From assembly GCA_021432655.1 (NCBI GenBank), contig MU271288.1:1-64000 (forward strand): a stretch of 64,000 bases of DNA. Reading direction: 5' to 3'. Source of the stretch: Atractiella rhizophila (taxonomy: Eukaryota). Within the stretch, counting starts at the first letter, position 1. Each line of letters starts with the position of its first letter. Of the stretch, positions 50,527-64,000 are shown one piece after another. The notes under the pieces were generated by a model. It worked only from the letters and a program-made list of their open reading frames with translations. It was not told the origin of the DNA and searched no databases. A program made the translations under genes and the position numbers.

Positions 50527-51148
50527 CGGCAGTTATAACGCCGACATCGCCGCCGGGTGATGAAGATGCCCCCAGAGTCTTGACTTCGTCTGCCCCCATG
50601 AGCAATTTTCGACCATCGAAAGAACCAAAAATCATTCTCTCAGGTACACACGTTCACTGTTTAGTGAGTCTCCCCGTTCTTACATTAAATGGGCCGGAGG
50701 TGTTGATGTCCTTTCCCACTTTTTGTTCCATTTGCGCGATCCCGACCAGCGTGGGAATAAAGATGGCAACTTTGTTCTCCTGAAATCAGCCCAGAAGGCC
50801 AGAAGATTCAACAACTCTTTGTTCTCCATTTCAGTTTTACTTGAAATCCTCTTCTCTGGCATTGAGGAGTTCACTGCCACCGCTGCCAGGAACCCTTTGT
50901 CGACAAGATGGCAGAACTAATTCACAATATTGTCCATGCTACTCCTCCTTCCCAACGTGCCACTACTACAACAACTCTCTTCCCCGCTATGTCTATTTCC
51001 AGAACAACGCCTTTCCCCAATGGGTTTCAGCTACCAGCAGGTTCCCATGCAAACTGCAAATGGGACGGCTCGCATTCTAAAACCTCCGGCTTCTACGGAG
51101 ACGGACAACATCAAATTTTCAGCTTTCATTCTTGCTCTCCTCACAGCC

Positions 51149-54100
51149 ATGGAAGCCTCCCCAGAACAAATCGCGACGCGCATCGGGAGCTACCTTCACC
51201 CTGCGCGTTCCAACCTCCACCACATCCTCACGTTCCTCCTTCGCTTCGAGTTACGACAGCCCTTCTCCTCCAGCCGTCAAACCTTCTTTCGCTCCCGCTC
51301 CGAATAGTAAGGAAGCCCAAGTGGACGTCTGCATTGAAACGCTCATGGGCCTCGTGGGCGGTGGATTAACAAAGCCGGCTGAAGCCGATGCCCTTCTGGC
51401 TTCGGTGGAGAGGATCGCGAAGCGATTGGGAGAGGCTGAACACAGTATGGACTGAATCAAGAACGTGGTGGATGTACATGTCGGTTCGGCGAGAAAGGGA
51501 GAAGTGGCGTCTACCAACCAAGAGTTCATGTCCAACCACCGCCTCTCGAAGAAGCTTCGCGTCGTATGGGTCGGAGGGAGGGGCGATATCAAAGCGGTCA
51601 TCGCGAATCGGACAGCACCAGCTGACAGAGCAGCGTCAATGTCCAGCACAATGAGATCGAAGGCGATCCTTTCTGAATCCTTAAAATCGGAAGAATTTGA
51701 TGTGACTTTGACAGATTCCGTCGACATTGCCTCTACCTCTCGAACAAATACGTTGGAATGTGTTTTGGAAGAAGAGGACTATATGGAAGGTCTCAGGAAA
51801 GTTGAAGTGACGGATGGCTTGTCGGCGGAACAAGAGTTGACACTTCTCAAAGCACAGATTCAAGATATCGCTCGCGTCTGCAAATCGGTAGCAGTCGGTG
51901 ATTTTGCCCAGAAGATCGAGATACCGGTGCAAGGTCATGATTTGGTACAGATCAAGGACTGCATGAACGATTTCGTCAGTCGGCTGGGGAATTTTGCAGA
52001 GGAAGTAACGAGGGTATCACTCGAAGTTGGTGCCGAGGGCAAGTTGGGTGGACAGGCTGTTGTTGATGGTGTCGAGGGAACTTGGAGGATCTTGACCGTG
52101 CGTCTTCCTCTGCTCGTGAATGCCGCAAGAACTGACGCGAGGTAAGATTGATAGGACTGCGTGAACACCATGGCCACCAACTTGACTCAGCAAGTACGAT
52201 CCATCTCCCGCGTTACCGCCGCCGTCGCTGGTGGAGATTTGAACCAAATGATCGCAGTGGAGGCATTTGGTGAAATTGCGGATCTCAAAGCAACCGTGAA
52301 CAGTATGGTGACCCAATTGCGGAGCTTTGCAGACGCAGTCTCGCAAGTATCTTTGGATGTAGGAACTCGGGGAGTGTTGGGTGGCCAGGCGCATGTCGAG
52401 GGAGCACAGGGTGCATGGTATGTTTCATCCACAACCCTGGAAGACGGAATGGAGTGCTGAAACGCTTAACAGGAAATTGCTCACGGACAACGTCAACCGA
52501 ATGGCTTCCAACCTTACGCTTCAGGTAAGGTCCATCGCTGAAGTCGTAGCGGGTATCGCTCGAGGATACTTGACGAAGATCTTGGATGTTGAAGTCGAAG
52601 GAGAAATGCTATTGCTCCAGCAAGACATCAACTCGATGGTTCAGAAACTGAGGATTATCGCCGCGGAGGTTAGCAGAGTTAGTTTGGAGATTGGTGTCCA
52701 AGGTACTTTAGGTGGTCAGGCCGTAGTAAAGGATGTGGAGGGTACATGGGTCAAGTTGCTCAAAAGCGTGAACTGCATGACGAAGAACTTGGCTGGTCCG
52801 TGTTCTACCTCTCAGCTTGCACACTTTCGCCTGACTGTCGCACAGATCAAGTCCGAGAAGTTGCCGCTGTTACGAAATCCGTTGCTGAAGGAGACTTGAC
52901 AAGAACAATCAACATTGAAACCTGTGGAGAGATATCAGGGTTAAAGTCGACGGTGAACTATATGGTGCGTCAGTTGCGGTCATTCAGTTCGGAGATCGAG
53001 AAGGTGGCATTGGATGTTGGAACGCATGGTATCTTGGTGGATCTGCTCAAGTCAAGAACATTAAAGGGACCTGGAGAAACTTGTCAGATGACGTAAACCA
53101 AATGGCAAAGAATTTGACTGATCAAGTCAGGGCGATCGCTATGGTTACTAAAGCTGTGACCAACGTGACATGAGCCAAAGATCATGGTAGAGGCTCAAGG
53201 CGAAGTTCTTGAATTGAAGGTTTGTCTTTCGTTCAACCCCCGACTGATTTGCATCCAATGGTACGGTCACAGGTGACTGTCAATTCCATGGTGGACAGTT
53301 TGAGAACGTTCACTGCTGAGGTTACAAAAGTCGCTCGCGAGGTCGGAAGTGAAGGTCGGTTGGGTCGTCAAGCCAATATCGAAGGTGTCCAAGGCGAGTG
53401 GCGCAACCTTACAGATTCCGTAAACGGGATGGCGGAAGTTTGTTGGCTCAAGGACTGACCTTTTGAACGCAGAACTGGACCGCCCAAGTACGATCCATCG
53501 CCGCTGCTGTCGTCAGTCTTCAGTTCCTCGCCATCCCTTAGCCTGTTGATAGAAGACATGAACCAAGACCGCTGTCGCCAAAGGAGATTTCAGCTTGAAA
53601 ATTATCACGGAGGCGGCTGGTGGAATATTAGCCTTGGCTCACACTGTTAATTTTATGATTGATCGAGTATGTTTCGAAAATTTCTCCTTAGAAGCACTGA
53701 GCTCTGTATTGTAGTTGAGAATATTCGCTACGGAAGTAACACGAGTTGCCAGGGAAGTTGGCACAAAGGGCAATGTAGGCGTGACGGCTAGCGTGGACAA
53801 TGTCGATGGCTCATGGCTGGAAATCACTGAGAACGTTAATACCGTGTGTTCCCTCACTGCCCGCTCACATCAATGGGTTCTGAGTAACAGATAGATGGCT
53901 ATGAATTTGGCTTCCCAAGTGAGAGCTTCGGGCGGGTCTCTGCTGCCGCGGAAGAAGATTTCACCCCTTACGTCACAGTCGCGGTCAGCGGAGAGATGAA
54001 GGCAAAGATCAATCAAATCGCCCTCAGTTTGCTACAGAACTTAAAGAGTAACGCTGCTGCTAGGGAAGCTTGCTGAAAACGCCAATGAGTCGAAGTCTGA

Positions 54101-55838
54101 GTTCCTGGCAAATATGTCTCACGAGATCAGGTCAGAAAACGAATTGCTCTCGATCGCTTCTACTAACCTAACTTTGGCGTCAGGACGCCAATGAACGGTA
54201 TCATCGGTCTTATTTGTGTAACTCTTGAAACGGAGTTGACAACAGCCCAAAGAGAGAACTTGACCATCGTTTCCGGATCAGCTAACTCGTTATTATGGAT
54301 CATCGATGACATTTTGGATATCTCGAAGAGTGAGCCTCTAAAACATAAACGTTATTCCGGCTTATGCATGCCTCTTGTAGTCGAAGCTGGTCGGATCACA
54401 ATGGAAGAAGTCAATTTCTCTGTTAGAGGTGTCGTATTTGGCGTGTTGAAGTCCCTGGCCGTCAAAGCTACTCAGAGCAAACTCGACCTTCTGTATCGTT
54501 GTGATCCTCTTATTCCGGACCTTCTTATCGGAGATCCTTTCCGTCTCCGTCAAGTTATCACCAATCTCATTGGTAACGCCATCAAATTTACCCAGCAAGG
54601 GTCCATCACTCACTTGTGCAGACTTCAGCCAAATCTCTGCAAGGAAGGTCTCTATGCCATCGAATTTTGTATCGCCGATACGGGGATCGGTATCAAGCAG
54701 GATAAACTCGACTCGATCTTTGATACTTTCTGTCAGGCAGATGGATCCACGGCGAGGAAATACGGAGGAACGGGTTTGGGTTTAACAATTTCAAAACGAT
54801 TGGTCAGCCTGATGGGTGGAGAGGTCTGGCTTGCAAGCGAGTACGGTTTGGGATCACAGTTTTACTTCACAGTCAAATGCCGGCCTGGAGAGTGGCAAAT
54901 GGATACTGCCAGACAGAAACTATGACGCCGAACCGCTCTCGCTTGTTGCTGTTCATGGATGTGGGTGGCCACGGGGATTCTGTGGTTTCAGCTGCCCGGC
55001 AGCTTGGCTTCCACACTACCATTGTCCAGTCCATCAAGGAGATTCTCACGCGGTGTCCTTATCGTCGACAAGGTCGAAGTCGTTCAAAACCTTCGGGACG
55101 ACCTTGACCTTCTCCGGTACATTCCCATCGTGGTGATTACTCCTCACGTCCCTATGCTCAACATCAGGTACTGTTTGGACAACGGAGTTCACAACTGTAT
55201 GGAGTCTCCTACTAATCCTTCGGACCTCTACAACGCTATCCTGCCCGCATTGGAGGCTAACAATGGTAACGGGAGGGAGGTTGAAGGCAATCTGTCTTAC
55301 AAGGTCTTGCTCGCCGACGACAGTGTGCTTTTAGCAACTATTCCGTGATGTGTTAACTGACATGCTGTTTTAGATGTCGTGAATCAAAGAGTTGCTGTCA
55401 AGTTCTTGGAGAGCGCCGGGCACCGACCAGAAATCGTGGAGAACGGAGTGCTTGCAGTTGAAGCTATTAAGAAAGAGGTGGGTCCACTTGTCAAAGCGAA
55501 CCTTTTTCTCAGCTGACGCTACTGCAGTTCTACGACGTAATCCTGATGGATGTTTCTATGCCTTTCATGGACGGTTACGAAGCTACCAGATTAATCCGAA
55601 AGCATGAAGAGCAGCATCGTTTGGCCAGGACACCTATCCTTGCTCTGACGGCGCATGCAATGTTCGGCGATCGCGAGAAGTGCATCGCAGCAGGCATGGT
55701 GAGTTCGGTTCAGTCCCGGAGGACGTCTTACATGATTTACAGGACGGCTACCTCACTAATCCCTTGAGGAAACCGGATATGCTAGCCATGGTCCAAAAAG
55801 TAGTGACTGAGCGACCAACTGTATGTTTCATCTCTTAA
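51149..55838 (+). pseudogene. NIK1: Group III hybrid histidine kinase (NIK1/OS-1/Tco1 type): HAMP repeats, HisKA, HATPase, REC; disrupted
   Basis: Repeated EVTRVSLEVGAEGKLGGQA..NMASNLT.QVRSI units; [67 protein letters not shown]. In-frame TGA at 51453 and 54923, frameshifts near 51250, 53035 and 54070. Confidence 0.9.
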
Positions 55839-57795
55839 TATCCTTATCCCTCTCTCAAGCTCTTTCCCAGGGTTTCATTTCAAACCGATTCTTCTGCGCC
55901 GTATAGCTTTGGATCCGACATCTTTCTGCTGCCTTCGAGATCTTCCAGCGTTGATGAGTAAGTGTAAGTTCTTGCGGCGTTGCTGCAATATCCGTTCTCC
56001 AGCATGCAGCACATATCCTTTGATCATTCCTGTCCGATGGTTGATTCCTTACAAATATGGACATTTATTCTCTATTTTCGCTTACTTTTCAGTAGAATGC
56101 TACTATTTGCTAACGTGTGTAACAAATGGTCCGTATTATGCCATGACACAACGACAGGTTATCTTCGCCAACTTGAAACAATGTCATTTTTGTCTCTTCA
56201 AAGCAATCGGATAGTTTTTTGATGCCGTTGACAATGACCACCCTGCAGACAGCAGACAGCAAAAAATTGTGGCAGGGGCAACAAAGCGAGGCCGAGGCTT
56301 GCACTGCAGGACAGGAGGGTCGAAACAGGGTAAGTCACTATTAGACCAAAGAGAAGAGTGGATAGCATTTTCTCTTCTGCAATCAACTCCATCAAACTAA
56401 GGCGGAGTTCCGGTCTCCACAGACTGCTGAGATGATGGGGTACTTTGAAGGAAGCTGGGAGAGATGCTGGCAAAGACGCAACATTTATTGGACAAACTAC
56501 CCTGTGGATACACTTATGATTGATGGACATTTGCGCATTCCCATTTCTCACTTCCTACGTCATTTTGGTCTTTGACTTTTTCTCTTTCCTTTTTCTTCTT
56601 CTTCTATTGCTTGATAATTGGCTCAAGGAACGGCGACGGGCTTACGGTGATATTTTCTCACAAATATGCAAGACCCCTGCATTGCGAGTCCCATCGCTTT
56701 TGTGGATCGCATTTGCAGGTAAAGTTATTTCTCTTAAGTAACCATGAAATGTATTCTCATCGCTTTTGTGGCTCGCATTTGCAGCTTACAGATCCGTATC
56801 TCGTCAATGATGACTTCCACCACGGCACAGCAGTCCAAGCCCTAACACTGGCTTCATGGAAGACGAACGAGAGTCAGTCTTCATTACCTGGACAGAAGGG
56901 AAAAATTCACAAGACCAAATGTGAGAAATGGGAATGCGCAAATGTCCATGCAAGTCTAAGGCCAGGGCTGCTGGTCATCATGGCGGAGGAGGCGGCCGAG
57001 AGCCGCTAGGCCTTGCACTGCTGTGTTTTGTTGACCGAGATGGAGAGTCGAGATGGTGGTTGGAGTCGAGATGGGGTTGGGGAGGCAGAGCGCGTCCAAA
57101 ACACGTAAGCTCTTCATGACGTTTGCACGAACACGAAAGAGAGGAGAAGAGCTTTAGGGAAGCACCGAAGCAGTGATGACCTTAAAGATCTTATTCATAT
57201 TCATACCCCCTTCTCTCACCTCCTGGTGAGATTGGAAGAAGTGAGAAAAGGTTTGTAGTCGCATAGTAATTAACACGCAAATCGATAACGAAAGCCCCGA
57301 GAAAAGCAATTCAAGCAAATGTAAAGCTAAGATAATTCCAAATTGGAAAAGCTGAGAAATATAACACGGTGTGGCCACTTTGATGAATGAGAGTTGTTCA
57401 AGGCATCGGGGGAGAGCGGTCTCAAGCAGAGGAAACGTTCCTGGTACATGAAGTTATTTGAAAGGGAAACATAGTCTGAACGCATATTTGTCACAAACAA
57501 TCACTGAAATTTAATTCCGGGAAGCAGAAATGAAAAGGTTGAGAAGCAAAACTCTGAAGAGATAAACATGATTAAGAAGACAATTTAACTAATAATGCAA
57601 ACAACGGAAGACGTAGAAATAAAGCACAAACACACGACGAGGCGAGACCATTTTTTCTGTTATTTTTTCTCGAGAGGCAATGGCAGAAGAATGGTGAGAT
57701 TGTGATTTAACCCGACTACTCGGTGGTGGGGTAGGGTAGGGTGTGTGTGGGGAGATGGGGGGATACCATCGATAGCGTGAAAGCGAGGCAAGCAA

Positions 57796-59114
57796 TCAAT
57801 GCACGGCCAGCGGTCCAGCAAAACCTCTAGCCTCTGACTCCAACTTAGCCGCTCTGGCTCCATTCACATTTGCACTGGTGCCGCGCAAGGTCTTCGCGTC
57901 TGCCACTAAGGTTGCACCGTTTGGCGCAAGCGGAGCAGAGTTGGCCTCCTTCGACCTGCCATCTCCATCCGCGCTTCCTTCTCCATCCTCCTCTCCATCT
58001 GCAACATCGTCTGCCGCATCCCTCTCCATATCCTCTGTCCTCTGACTCCTCCTCCGGCGTCGCGTACGCACGTACGACCGCAGAGACGTTGGAGAATTGG
58101 GGGTGACAGATTTCCTGAGTGGAACGTGAGGGTTCATGTCCGCAGTAGCTGCGGTGCCTGGGGTTAGGGTTGGGGTTGGGATGGGAGATGGGGTGCTTGA
58201 TTCGAGACCAGTGTGGATCTGAGTTCGGCGCAAACTCTGAGGGGGAGGGATGATTGTGGTTCCATGCGCGAGTCTCATGAGTTGGTCGGACCCTAACATC
58301 GTGGTTTGCAATGAACACCAGCACGAAGGGAGAGAGTCAAGGGCTAGTAGGCTGAGAGAAAAGTACACTCACATTTGCAAAACATGTCAGCATCGATATG
58401 AAGCCTATAATCCAACAATGCAAGGAACGCTCGTTCATTGATACTGATCTCCCTAACATTGAGACTTGAGATTGTTGACCAAGCGAGATTGGAGTAATTC
58501 CTATCTTGCAAGAACTTGGAAGCTGTGATAAGAGCAGCGAGGAACATCCGTCTTCCACACAAGACAGGATTGTGTCCGACGGCGATCAACTCGTCCAGTT
58601 CTGCCTTGGACAGCAAGGAGGATCCGCTCGCATTTCCGTCCACGTCCATCTCTGCCTCCTTGGCGAGAAATGGGCTTCGATCCGTCTTGACGCCTCACCG
58701 GCGCGATTGATCCGTTCCCTAATCGCTCTTCTAGACCTATGAAGGTAGTAGAGACCGGTCTGGAGGACTGAGGCGGATGTTCTGGAGCGACGAAGGACTT
58801 GTTTTAAGAACCAATTGAGTGGTAGTACCTTTTCACCCTGTGCTGGAGAAGCAGGAGTGTGCTCCGGTTTCCAAATGGACTCGATGGCCGTGACAGATGT
58901 AGCTGCTCACATCAACCAAAACGGAAAAAGTTGGAAAATTGAAAAAAAAAACCCGAGCATGGAAAGGACGGTCAACTCCCATTCCTGTGATGCAGAAGAA
59001 GAGGAGAAGACGCACCCACCAGGCCGTCGACGAACAATTGCTTTGCAGGTCCCTGCAGGCGATTCGCCAAAGGTAATCTAATTTCACTTTCTCCAGTCCG
59101 TGACATGGTCGCCA
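57796..59114 (-). CDS. Pho80/Pcl-family cyclin; one apparent frameshift near 58663, so possibly a pseudogene
   Basis: LPLNWFLKQVLRRSRTSASVLQTGLYYL and PVLCGRRMFLAALITASKFLQDRNYSNLAWSTISSLNVREISINERAFLALLDYRLHI; GT-AG introns. Confidence 0.85.
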
Positions 59115-60889
59115 TCGAGTCTGGCAGCAACAGTGGGAGACCTAGTCTGCATGTCCGTAACAGAGAAATGTATAACTCCACTCCGCTTTCCACGGTGACC
59201 CTGGCATGCAAAGAAAAACAGCAGACTTTGGTGGATGTTCTTCAATGCACTGATAAAACGACTGATTTGAAAGACCGAAGTCGGATATGGGGTACCTACC
59301 CTCGGGCAGTTGGAGGTCACCTGATTGAGCAGGGTCCCCTACTACTTGAGCCACGTGATCCTCTCGAAAATCATGATGTAAGAATTCCGGCCGCTGGTGG
59401 CAAATCAAGAACCTGTCACCTTTTGCGAAGTGCAGAAGAACCAAGAACCTCCTCGAACTTCAACACATACATTCAACGACCGGTGGCCCTCCTTCTCCAT
59501 GCTTCCAACTCTCCACACTCCAGATCGCGCACTGTGTGTTCTGTAAGAATCAAACCTGGTTCCCACAGTTAGTAAATAAGTGCTGGAGGCCTGGGCACTA
59601 GTGATTTGGGCCAACAAAGAAAAATGAAGGTAAGCAGTAATGCTCAGGTTGAAGAGAGAAGGGGTCGTGACAGAAGTGCATGAAAGCTCACTTTTGAAAG
59701 AGTAATATTGCCACAGGAAGTTCATCATGCTCATAAAACTTTCAAGTTTCCTGGTTGTCTGCGCTGCAGTTCATCAAGGGATGTGGGACGGAAGGAGGGG
59801 CAAGGGAATGTGAGAAGGGGAGGAGAGTGGGATATTCCTGCATTGGTTTTACAGACATAAGTGGAGGGCTCCCAATTCATAGAGCTTTTGTACGCTCTTC
59901 CTTCTACTTTCCACTTTGCAATCCTTTCCACGGTGATGACTCCAATCTGATATGATGACATGGGTGGTGTAGAGCAGGCCCTCAACTTCCTCTTACATGC
60001 CGCAGTATCACGGTCTCAATACAATTCGCCGACCTCCCTTCCCACCTGTGACCATAAACGAGCGTATGTTCGAACAGGAAGGACTCTTTTCTGGCCTCAG
60101 CAACTCATCTCCCCTTCCATCCCTCACTCTGGAACAAACCCAGCTTCCAAGCACATGTCCCGCAGTCTACAAACATCGAACAGATGTGTAGACGACTTCC
60201 AGCTGCCCTTTCGTTGAGCTTACACTTATGCCGCTCCGCTTCCATCATTCGGTCGAACGTCCCCTTTGCCTCCTATTTTCATTTCTCTCGCACGATATGT
60301 CCAAGGTGGGGTTTGTGAGTCTGTTCCTGTCTCTTCATAGCCTATCGCATTATGTGCAATGGATACTCTGTTGTATTCTAAGTGCGACCGAACCAAAATG
60401 AAGCGCCTGATTATGAAATATTCTCCATCTGAGACCTAGCTGATACCTTCATATCAGACTTTGATCCGCCTCTGCTCACAACGCTCTATGCAGTGATCAC
60501 CAACTGATACCACGAAATATATTTCATGATATACGTCTGTTCACAATGCTTTGTTACATGTTCACTGCCTGAAATGATTCCCTAAGTCGTCTGATGACCT
60601 TCTGATGACATGTTTTCAGACTATCGTATTGCCTGACTACGTGGTGATCAGCTATGCAAACCCTGACAAACCTGATGGACTGATCAATGTTGATCAGTTA
60701 GTTAAGCTTTTCATGATGTTGCCTCGAGATCGTCGCGGTTGCCACAGTTGTCTTCGTCATTGAAAGCGTCAGCGAGATAGGATCCAGTGTATCCAGACCC
60801 GCTGGAGGTGTGTGCGGGTTGAACAGGGACGGTGCGGCCGTACTTTGGAAAGTATTTCGCTTTGAATAGTTTGATAAGATTGGTCTTAT

Positions 60890-62700
60890 GCTCTTCAATT
60901 GCTACTTGTTCGGATGGGCTGAAGATTCGGCGCTGAAAGAAATTTGGTCCAAGACAATGCTAAATCCTTCCCAATCCTCTTCTGATCACCGTTCCTCATC
61001 TGATACCTCGTAGTGGTCGGAGTACCGATCAATAGCGGGTCTGCATTTGTTGGCAAGATCCGAAATTTCGTCAGTGGAACCCCATCGAGTGCACACATCA
61101 AGAATAAGCATTCTTAGAGTTGCGTCACACATACTCTCTAGTTCTGTCAATGCCTTCTCTAATTCCAGGAGCCAGTTATTACGCTGATTAAGAAAGCTCT
61201 GAATTCCTTTTATGAAAGCGTGAAGCTTAAGCAACAAGAACTTCAGTTTTACAGTTTGCAGTTGAAAGGAATGAAAGACACACTTTTGGAATAGCACCCT
61301 TGAAAGTATTGACCTCATCTTCGAAATACTCGTCCTCCGCCCTCGCCTCATCATCATAAACGGTTCCAAGCTTCTCCATTACACACTCTTGATAATTTAT
61401 CTTTCCCTTCTTCTTCTTCTTTCCATGTCCATCAGCCTTAGCCCACACACCTAGAGAACAAGGCGGGAAACAGCGGATGTGTCGTTCCTTTGGGTCAAAT
61501 GGAATGCCTCGTGAAACAAATCTTCGAGCAAGGGGCGGTCATCATGCTATCATTATTAGATGCATTATCTGAAGTGGTACAGCCGATCTGTTCCATCCAT
61601 CAGTACATATGGTGTAAATTCAAGCTGTAACTGACCTTATGAGTGATGCCAAAGTTCGCGATACACCTCTACACTGCATCTGCCATATTCTCCCCCGTGT
61701 GTGATCCTTGAAGCTCTGTGAAATCAAGGACAACTTCAACAACCTCCCAGTCCTTGTTGATGTAAGTAGCGGTGGTGCAGAGAAAGGGAAGCCATTTTCA
61801 GAGGTCCATGCATCGAGAGCAAGGTTGACAGTTATGTCCGCTTCCTATGCCAGATATCAATAAAAATTGCTCAAACAACTGTGAACGGCAAACCTTCAAT
61901 TCTTGCTTAAGTTCTTGCATCATAACTTCACCCTTCTTCATCACTTTTTCCCACAACTTCTTCCTCATTGGCACTTTCATGGATTTTGCACCTGTATCAA
62001 CATGATTTATGTCCTGATCACTTGCTCCACCCTCATCGTCACTATTCCATGATGTCCCTTTGGCAGGCATGGTTTTGTGTTCGGGTTTCATCGTGGGGTA
62101 GGTGTACTGATGGTAGTGGAGGAGGTCACGGAAGTGTGGGTTCTCCGTCAGTTGAAAGGGCTGATCCGTCGCAACGAAGAAGTTGACAAGGAGTTCATCA
62201 AACTTCAGTTGGTCAAACGCCTATAACAAAGCAAGTGAAAAAGAATCTAATAAAGATGAGCTGTGCTCACCTGATCGCCGAAACGCGCTGCCATGCCTTG
62301 TAGCTGATCTAAGATATCTAGCTGTTGCCCTGAGTTTTTCACATCGCCATCGGTTATCTATTTATGAATAACTAGCCTGTGGAGGAAGTTGAAAGAAGAC
62401 GAACGGGAATCTCATTTGATGCTTTCTTCTCTTCGTTTTCCGAGATGGGTACCTTGTCCTCACACTTCTTCCTCAGCAACTTGAAAAGAGGACCAGTGCT
62501 CTTGAAGTGACGTGGCGATCTGGTGAGATGGTCCTCAAGGTGTGTGAGCTTTCGGTTGCTGCTTCTCGTAACTCGATTCGTCCAGCGACAGTGATTGCAC
62601 TTGAAGTAAACGGTCCCGTCTTTGTGCCCATGCTGCACATCAGCATGTGCGTCTGACTTCGGGATTATCGCGTAGAAAAGCCCGACAGGGTTTCTTCTCT
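60890..62700 (-). mobile_element. hAT-superfamily transposase remnant
   Basis: BED-like YFKCNHC..HLEDHL; FLCTTATYINKDWEV..LDF..GSHTGENMA; SDNASN; LILDVCTRWGST. Confidence 0.8.
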
Positions 62701-64000
62701 TCGAAGTTGCCTAGAGAAGCATTACCACTGCCACAGAACACAAAAATATCAGCTTACTTGTGTTGATTCCAGGGTTGAAAGGAATGAATTACAATGAAGT
62801 TATAATGGCTTTTTATACCTTAAGGAACTCGGCAAAATGAGGGAAACGGCAAAGGGGAAAGAAAACTAGAGCCACAAATGACAGTGGCACGAATGCAGCT
62901 TAAAACGGTGCCAAACTCTGACAACTTGTTACTGCCTTGGCTCGGTGTCTGCCACAACTGCCTCACGCACGAGTAGATCGAAGGTCGAAACAGGTACGTG
63001 GTTGCCGGCAGAGCTCTGCACACAGAATTAGTTAAGTCGAAGAGCACAACCAAAGAACTTTGCTCTTGTTTGCTTCTTGCCTTTCGGATCCAATTTTTTA
63101 TTCTGCTCCAACGACTCCACTAACTCAGGCCCATCGATATCCATTCCTAATGGATCTTCCTCATCCTCCCACAAAGCACTACTCTCATCCTTTGAAGGAT
63201 CATAGTCAATCTCTACCTCAGCATCATCAACGAGACCTTTGGCAGCAAGGGCTGTGTGGATTTTTGAGGCAATGGCACAGATGGAGGCTTTTCGCACGTT
63301 AAGGAGATAGCCTGGTACGGAGGATTCGTCAACTTGCAGGAGTTTCAGCCAGAGCACTCGGAACACAACGAGCCCTTGTTTCCCGCCAATGTCGGCAAGA
63401 GTCGGGTTCCAGAGAGAGAATGCACGATGAATGGGTTCCTCGTTGTCCTCGGCAAGCGATGCAACCTCCTGAATAAGATGTTGACAAGTGAGAAAGAGCG
63501 AAGCAGCCTCCTGGACCATTATTTAGTGAAAGCTAATGCAGTTGATGACGGACAGACATACATAATTCGGGTCAGGTTGGAAATTGTGCGAAGCTGCCAG
63601 CAAGATCTTAAGCTCAATGTAACCCGGTATCTTTTGGTGTCTGTGTGCAATTTCAATCAACAAGCGTCCATTGTAAGCAGAGAAGACCCACTCAGACTCC
63701 TCATCCTCTCGCTTCTTGGACTGGCTAAGTGCAGTCCCATCCTCTTTGTTCCTCTTCGCAATATCCACTGAAGTCCTTGACCTTTTTCCTAGCCCGAGAA
63801 AACTGTCCAGTGTTGCCATGGTGGCACGACGTCAATGGGGAGAAGATAGTGAGGATTTATAAGCTGGCGGACAGCAGCCATGGGACTGAGGACTGTAAGC
63901 ACATGCAGCTGAGAGTGATGTGAACAGCTTACTATTGGTGCCGTTACCCCAAAAACGTGCACATGGAATCATGTATCGTATCGTAGTCGTAAAATCCACA

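Noticed and set aside
56690..56785. Two copies of CATCGCTTTTGTGG(A/C)TCGCATTTGCAG
   Set aside because: Short local duplication with no further structure or context.
58161..58180. Telomere-like GGGTTAGGGTTGGGGTTGGG
   Set aside because: One perfect unit inside a Pro/Thr-rich coding stretch of the cyclin; not an interstitial telomere.
62820..63819. Minus-strand ORF fragments next to the hAT remnant
   Set aside because: Broken frames with no motif I can assign; left uncalled.
63970..63992. TCGTAGTCGTA resembling the LINE 3' UTR repeat
   Set aside because: Too short, and no upstream RT similarity.

Overview
Left end of a fungal chromosome: (CCCTAA)n telomere at 1-53. The spliceosomal introns and 18S signatures (e.g. 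GAGAGGGCCTGAGAAACGGCCCTCA, AGGAATACCTAGTAAG) suggest a basidiomycete, probably Pucciniomycotina. Most of the window is decayed transposons: a full-length but dead Ty1/copia element with 187-bp LTRs and a GCTTC TSD, a second copia containing a Helitron and two solo LTRs, a 5'-truncated non-LTR element with an 86-bp flanking direct repeat, and Gypsy, CACTA/Plavaka-like, hAT and pogo-like remnants. Host-type sequences are an apparently intact divergent beta-tubulin, an unknown membrane-protein ORF with an internal repeat, and disrupted copies of IRE1, a group III hybrid histidine kinase, a patatin, a BTB protein and a Pcl-type cyclin. After a 435-N gap lies one rDNA unit that looks like a pseudogene: an internal 18S deletion, a 285-bp tandem duplication in 28S, many CpG transitions, and a group I intron at L2449. 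I did not find a clearly new multi-gene system. The strongest leads are the 86-bp TSD, the structured Helitron 3' terminus (three copies, one abutting beta-tubulin), the fossil rDNA, and the cluster of decayed regulatory genes. All calls come from reading the sequence by eye; no database searches were run.
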